From positions 672,001 to 736,000 of the forward strand of contig CAXXNO010000004.1 in the NCBI GenBank assembly GCA_963663235.2: 64,000 nt of DNA. Reading direction: 5' to 3'. The position numbers and the translations under genes are program-made. The notes beneath the pieces were generated by a model, which worked only from the letters and a program-made list of their open reading frames with translations, searched no databases and was not told the DNA's origin. Origin of the DNA: Dehalococcoidia bacterium. Its GTDB lineage: Bacteria; Chloroflexota; Dehalococcoidia; Bin125. Below are positions 60,241 through 64,000 of this stretch, piece by piece. Numbering within the stretch: position 1 is the first letter of the stretch; every line of letters begins with the position of its first letter.

Positions 60241-61323
60241 TTAGCCGAGGTCCGTCAAGCGCGGCATCACCTCGTTGGCGAGGAGACTCATAGAGCGCTC
60301 CCATGCCTGGCGCGGCTCCCATTCGTGCGCGACGACGAGGAGGACGCCGAAGCCGCCGGAACCCTCGTAGAGGCGGCGGATCTTTCGCTCGACGTCGTCC
60401 ACCGAGCCGACGATCCAAGTGTTATCCACCAGGTACTCGGGGGTGATCCGCTCGTTCGGCATGTCCGGATCGTCTTTAAAGAGGCCGAGCGCTTCGAACT
60501 TCTTCATGATCACGAGGTTGTAATCGACGTAGTCGCGGGCGAGCACGCCGCCAAGGGCGATCCGTCGCGCTTCCTCGGTCGAGTCTGCCACGAAGACGTC
60601 GCGGCACACCCGCCAGGTCGAGCGATCGGGCGTCCGGCCAGCAGAGCGAGCTCCCTCTTCGACGGTTCTCCAGTGGCCGCGAAGCACGCGCGGCGCACAG
60701 TAGTGGATGCTCATGGGGGACCAGCCGCGCTCACCGGCCCAGGCGAGCGAGGGGGATGTCTCGGACAGGCCGGCGACGGCGATCGGCGGGTAGGGCTTCT
60801 GGTAAGGCTTGAGGTAGAGGTGGGAGGCGACATCGTCCATCGGTTCCGTGACCTTGAAGCGCCACCAGCGATTGCCGTAATAGCCGGGCTCTAGGCCCTG
60901 CCACAGCTCGAGGATGGCGTCGACCATCGCGCGCGCGATCTCATAGTGCTCGCCGGCGACGGAGTCGACGTTGAAGGCATCCATGTCGCCGGGCGAGGCA
61001 CCGGGCCCGACCCCCCATTGGAAGCGGCCGAGCGCGAGATGGTCCAGTTGCGCGATGCGATGGGCGAGGAGGAAGGGGTTGTGATTGGGCAGGCAGCTGA
61101 CGCCGGTCCCGAGCGTGATGCGCTCCGTCCTGGCGAGCGCGTTGGCGATGAAAATCTCCGCCGAGGTGATGTTCTCCCACTCCAGGGTGAGGTGCTCGCC
61201 GATCCAGGCCTCGTCGAATCCGAGCGCGTCGAGCGTGACGACTTGGTGGAGATCGTCGTGCAGGGTCTGGGCGAGATCCGAGCCGGGCGGATGGAGCGGC
61301 TGCATGAAATAGCCAAGCTTCAT
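60241..61323 (-). CDS. LLM-class flavin monooxygenase (diketocamphane monooxygenase-like)
   Basis: MKLGYFMQPLHPP, GFDEAWIGEH, RIAQLDHL..GR, KPYQKPYPPI, IVGSVDDV. Confidence 0.9.
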   Translation of the reverse strand: MKLGYFMQPLHPPGSDLAQTLHDDLHQVVTLDALGFDEAWIGEHLTLEWENITSAEIFIANALARTERITLGTGVSCLPNHNPFLLAHRIAQLDHLALGRFQWGVGPGASPGDMDAFNVDSVAGEHYEIARAMVDAILELWQGLEPGYYGNRWWRFKVTEPMDDVASHLYLKPYQKPYPPIAVAGLSETSPSLAWAGERGWSPMSIHYCAPRVLRGHWRTVEEGARSAGRTPDRSTWRVCRDVFVADSTEEARRIALGGVLARDYVDYNLVIMKKFEALGLFKDDPDMPNERITPEYLVDNTWIVGSVDDVERKIRRLYEGSGGFGVLLVVAHEWEPRQAWERSMSLLANEVMPRLTDLG

Positions 61324-62092
61324 GGGGGGTTCCTTCCCGGCTCGCCGACGCGCACGAGCCACTCGTTTCCGGATGATCGCACACCGAGCAGACCGGCGCT
61401 CGACACGACGCAGAACGCCACCGCTCAACGGACGCTCCAGGACCATGAGACCACTGCCAGTGTTTCCGCTTGGCGGCAAGGCAGGACCGGGACGAGCGCC
61501 GTTCCGATCCTGTCGAGGGTCGCGGGACCGAGTCCCGTCTCCCGCTCTTGTTCCTCCACCTCAGCCACGGCCACCAGCAAGCGGTAGATCTCGGCAGCCA
61601 GCACGGCGCGTTAGGTGGCGATCCCGGGAGGTCCCACTCGCGGTGCGACCATTGGTCGGCATCCAGCCAAGACCATCGCCAGACGCGGTGGTCGCGCACC
61701 CCGGCCTATCGTGACCCCAGGTGCTGTCCACGGCGCAGGCGTCGTCGTACGCCCCGCACCACGCGTGCTCCCAGATGGGGTGGAACAGTACGAGCCTCGC
61801 GAAACAAGGGACAGCCGTCACAGAGGCGTCGTTGGCTGGTCTTAACTATATAGCGAGGGAGAGCCAGACGGCGCCCGCCTGATCGCGCCGCGGAGCAGGA
61901 CGCAGCGTTGCGGCTCCGAGCGTCGATCACCTCGGGCTGAAGGGTGAGCAGATGCTCGGCCGTCCGACGAGCGGAGCGCCACGGCCGCTGGGCGGGGGCA
62001 CCGGCGGGCGGGATCTCGCGCGGTCCCGAGGCCGACCACACGGCCGGCCCGGTACCCGACCGCACGGCTCCAGGGGAAACGAAAGGCCCGGC

Positions 62093-64000
62093 ATGAGGGT
62101 CCTCACCGCGCGAGCGCTTGGGGTCCGGCGCCGCGTTGGGGTGGTGGCCGCGATCCTGACGGCGCTGGCCGTGCTTGGGACGTCGGTACCGCCCACGGAA
62201 GCGGCGGGCTTCGGTGCGCGGCCGTATGGCGTCTCTCAAGAAGCGTCGGCGCATGTCGAGGTGACCGCAAGCCCGATGTGGCTCGAGGTGGGGATGAGCG
62301 CGCGCCTCACGGCGACGGTCATCGACGAGGAGGGCGAGCCCGTTCTCGGCGCGCGGGTGCTGTTCACCGAGTCGCTCTCTGTCGCGGCGGTGGATACGCG
62401 GCTCAAGACGACCGATGAGAACGGCCAGGCCCACTCCGCCTTCAGCGCCGAGGGCGGCGGAGTCTTCACGATCGTAGCGGCGGTCGTGGAGATCCTCCCC
62501 GACGGCACTTGGGGCCCGACGCTGTTCCAGGACGAGATCGAGCTGCATGTCGCGGAGCCGGAACCCGAACCGGAGCCGGAGTTCGAACCCGAGTTCGTAC
62601 CCGAGTTCGAACCGGAGTTCGAACCGGAGGCAGAGCTGGAGCCGGCGGCGATCCTCCCCGCGATCCCCGCACTGCGGGCGGGGGGGCAGTTCGTCGAGTG
62701 GCTGGGCGAGCCGTCGTTCGCCGCCGACGTATTCCGGACCGTCGAGATCGCCTGGCTCTACGATCCGGTGAGGGTGGCGTGGACGTCGTACATACCGGCC
62801 CTGAACCGGACCAACTTCGCACTCCGTTGGGGCGCGGTGCTGTGGATCGTATCGGAGACCGCCCAGGAGATCCGGCTTCCCGGCGTCGCCGAGTCGATAC
62901 CGCCTCCACCGCCTCCACCGCGTCCGTCCGTGACCGGTCTCAGTTGCGATAACGACTTGAGCCACCGGGGCGAGCTCATCGCCCGGGTCCTGTTCCCGAT
63001 CGGCGACGGCAGCGCAGACATCGAGGTGATCCGCGACGGCGATTTCCCGCCGGCCGGCAGCCTGGAACTTCTGGGGATGTACGACACCTTCGACGGGATC
63101 GAGCCCGCCAGCGAGGACTGGATCGGCTACGTCTTCGATTCATCGCATTGGTGGGAAGGGCTGCTGTTCCAGGAGGGGCTGCAGTTCGACGATGGGGGGT
63201 GGTTCGAGACGCTGACCGTGCAGGTGCGCCAGGACGGGCGCTGGGTGACGGTGACGGGGCTGACGATCATTCCGGGCTACCCCTTTGGCGATAACGAGCT
63301 CTCCTACGAGACGTTCGAGCTGACGTTCGACCCCCTGGGGGGGGACGGGATCCGGATGTTTGGGGCGCCTGGCGGCATCGCCGATTTCATCTCCGTGGGG
63401 GAGCTCCGCGTCTTCGGCGACTGTGAGCGTACGTCCGAACCGCCGCCGCCACCGCCACCGCCACCGCCGCCGCCGCCGTCTTTCATCGGTAGCTGCGGCG
63501 ACAATTTGGCCAGCGATGGTCAGATCATCGCGTCGGTGACGGAGCCCACGGGCGTGGGTAGCCGGTCCATTGAGGTGATCCGGGACGGCGACTCGCCGCC
63601 GGCCGGCAGTCTCGACCGTCAGCGCATGTATGACACCTACGACGGGATCAACGACGCCGCCTACGACTGGATTGGCTACGTGTACTCCGGGTCGGTGGTT
63701 TGGGAGGAGATGCTGTTCCAGGAGGGGCTGCAGTTCTCCAACGGCGGGTGGTTCGACACGCTGACCGTGGAGGTGCGCCAGGGTGGGAGCTGGGTGGACG
63801 TGACGGGGCTAACGATCACGCCGGAGTACCCGTTCAGCGACACGGGGCTCAACTACGAAACGTACCAACTGACGTTCGATCCCATGCTGGGCGACGGCAT
63901 CCGTCTGTTAGGCGCCCCCGGCGGCGAGGCGGCCTTCATCTCGGTGGCCGAGTTGAGCGTCTTCGGAGGCTGTGAGCCGCCGCCGCCGGTTGTTGCGAGC
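62093..64000 (+). CDS. Large secreted surface protein: signal peptide, Big_1-like Ig domain, EPEF repeats, tandem discoidin/galactose-binding-like modules with poly-Pro linkers (partial)
   Basis: Not in the ORF track (no stop in window). Frame open from ATG 62093: LTATVIDEEGEPV..TTDENGQA; two modules with IEVIRDGD..YDT.DG..DWIGYV..FQEGLQF..GGWF..DGIR..ISV.EL. Confidence 0.88.
   Translation, partial: MRVLTARALGVRRRVGVVAAILTALAVLGTSVPPTEAAGFGARPYGVSQEASAHVEVTASPMWLEVGMSARLTATVIDEEGEPVLGARVLFTESLSVAAVDTRLKTTDENGQAHSAFSAEGGGVFTIVAAVVEILPDGTWGPTLFQDEIELHVAEPEPEPEPEFEPEFVPEFEPEFEPEAELEPAAILPAIPALRAGGQFVEWLGEPSFAADVFRTVEIAWLYDPVRVAWTSYIPALNRTNFALRWGAVLWIVSETAQEIRLPGVAESIPPPPPPPRPSVTGLSCDNDLSHRGELIARVLFPIGDGSADIEVIRDGDFPPAGSLELLGMYDTFDGIEPASEDWIGYVFDSSHWWEGLLFQEGLQFDDGGWFETLTVQVRQDGRWVTVTGLTIIPGYPFGDNELSYETFELTFDPLGGDGIRMFGAPGGIADFISVGELRVFGDCERTSEPPPPPPPPPPPPPSFIGSCGDNLASDGQIIASVTEPTGVGSRSIEVIRDGDSPPAGSLDRQRMYDTYDGINDAAYDWIGYVYSGSVVWEEMLFQEGLQFSNGGWFDTLTVEVRQGGSWVDVTGLTITPEYPFSDTGLNYETYQLTFDPMLGDGIRLLGAPGGEAAFISVAELSVFGGCEPPPPVVAS

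Noticed and set aside
61840-61865. AT-rich TTAACTATATAGCGAGGGAG as a dif or transposon end
   Set aside because: Only a partial XerD-arm likeness, no XerC arm and no partner copy in the window.
62550-62640. CRISPR or non-coding tandem repeat (GAGTTCGAACC units)
   Set aside because: In-frame EPEF peptide repeat of the surface protein.

Overview
High-GC bacterial chromosome segment. The gene repertoire (several LLM/F420-type oxidoreductases, amidases, hydantoinase-B paralogs, an LPxTG-like sorted surface protein) suggests Chloroflexota/Dehalococcoidia; this is inference. 1-16.7 kb is mostly core: gcvT, an MBL hydrolase, a TetR-controlled MFS-SDR/deiodinase-like operon, ilvE-plsY-GGR-SDR, ilvBNC and leuA. 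From about 16.8 kb it is a patchwork catabolic/accessory region: a ParB-like defence remnant, a split IS3, gdhA, three hydantoinase-B genes with no A subunit, four LLMs, a thiolase-like/DUF35 pair, two amidase paralogs, an (R)-amine-transaminase-like enzyme, a two-component system, surface proteins, and many short gene-end scars. Top candidates: (1) a thiolase-like gene whose UGA falls inside the C-terminal G-x-G-G loop and is followed by a SECIS-like hairpin, a possible selenoprotein paired with a DUF35 partner; (2) related uORF-plus-hairpin leaders ahead of ilvB and leuA, both ending LGR-stop; (3) a B-subunit-only hydantoinase/oxoprolinase expansion; (4) a FYVE-like 8-Cys zinc finger on a membrane protein. 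Several single-base frameshifts suggest assembly errors or gene decay, which weakens any claim resting on one codon. No CRISPR array, rRNA or intact tRNA was seen. All assignments are by eye; no searches were run.
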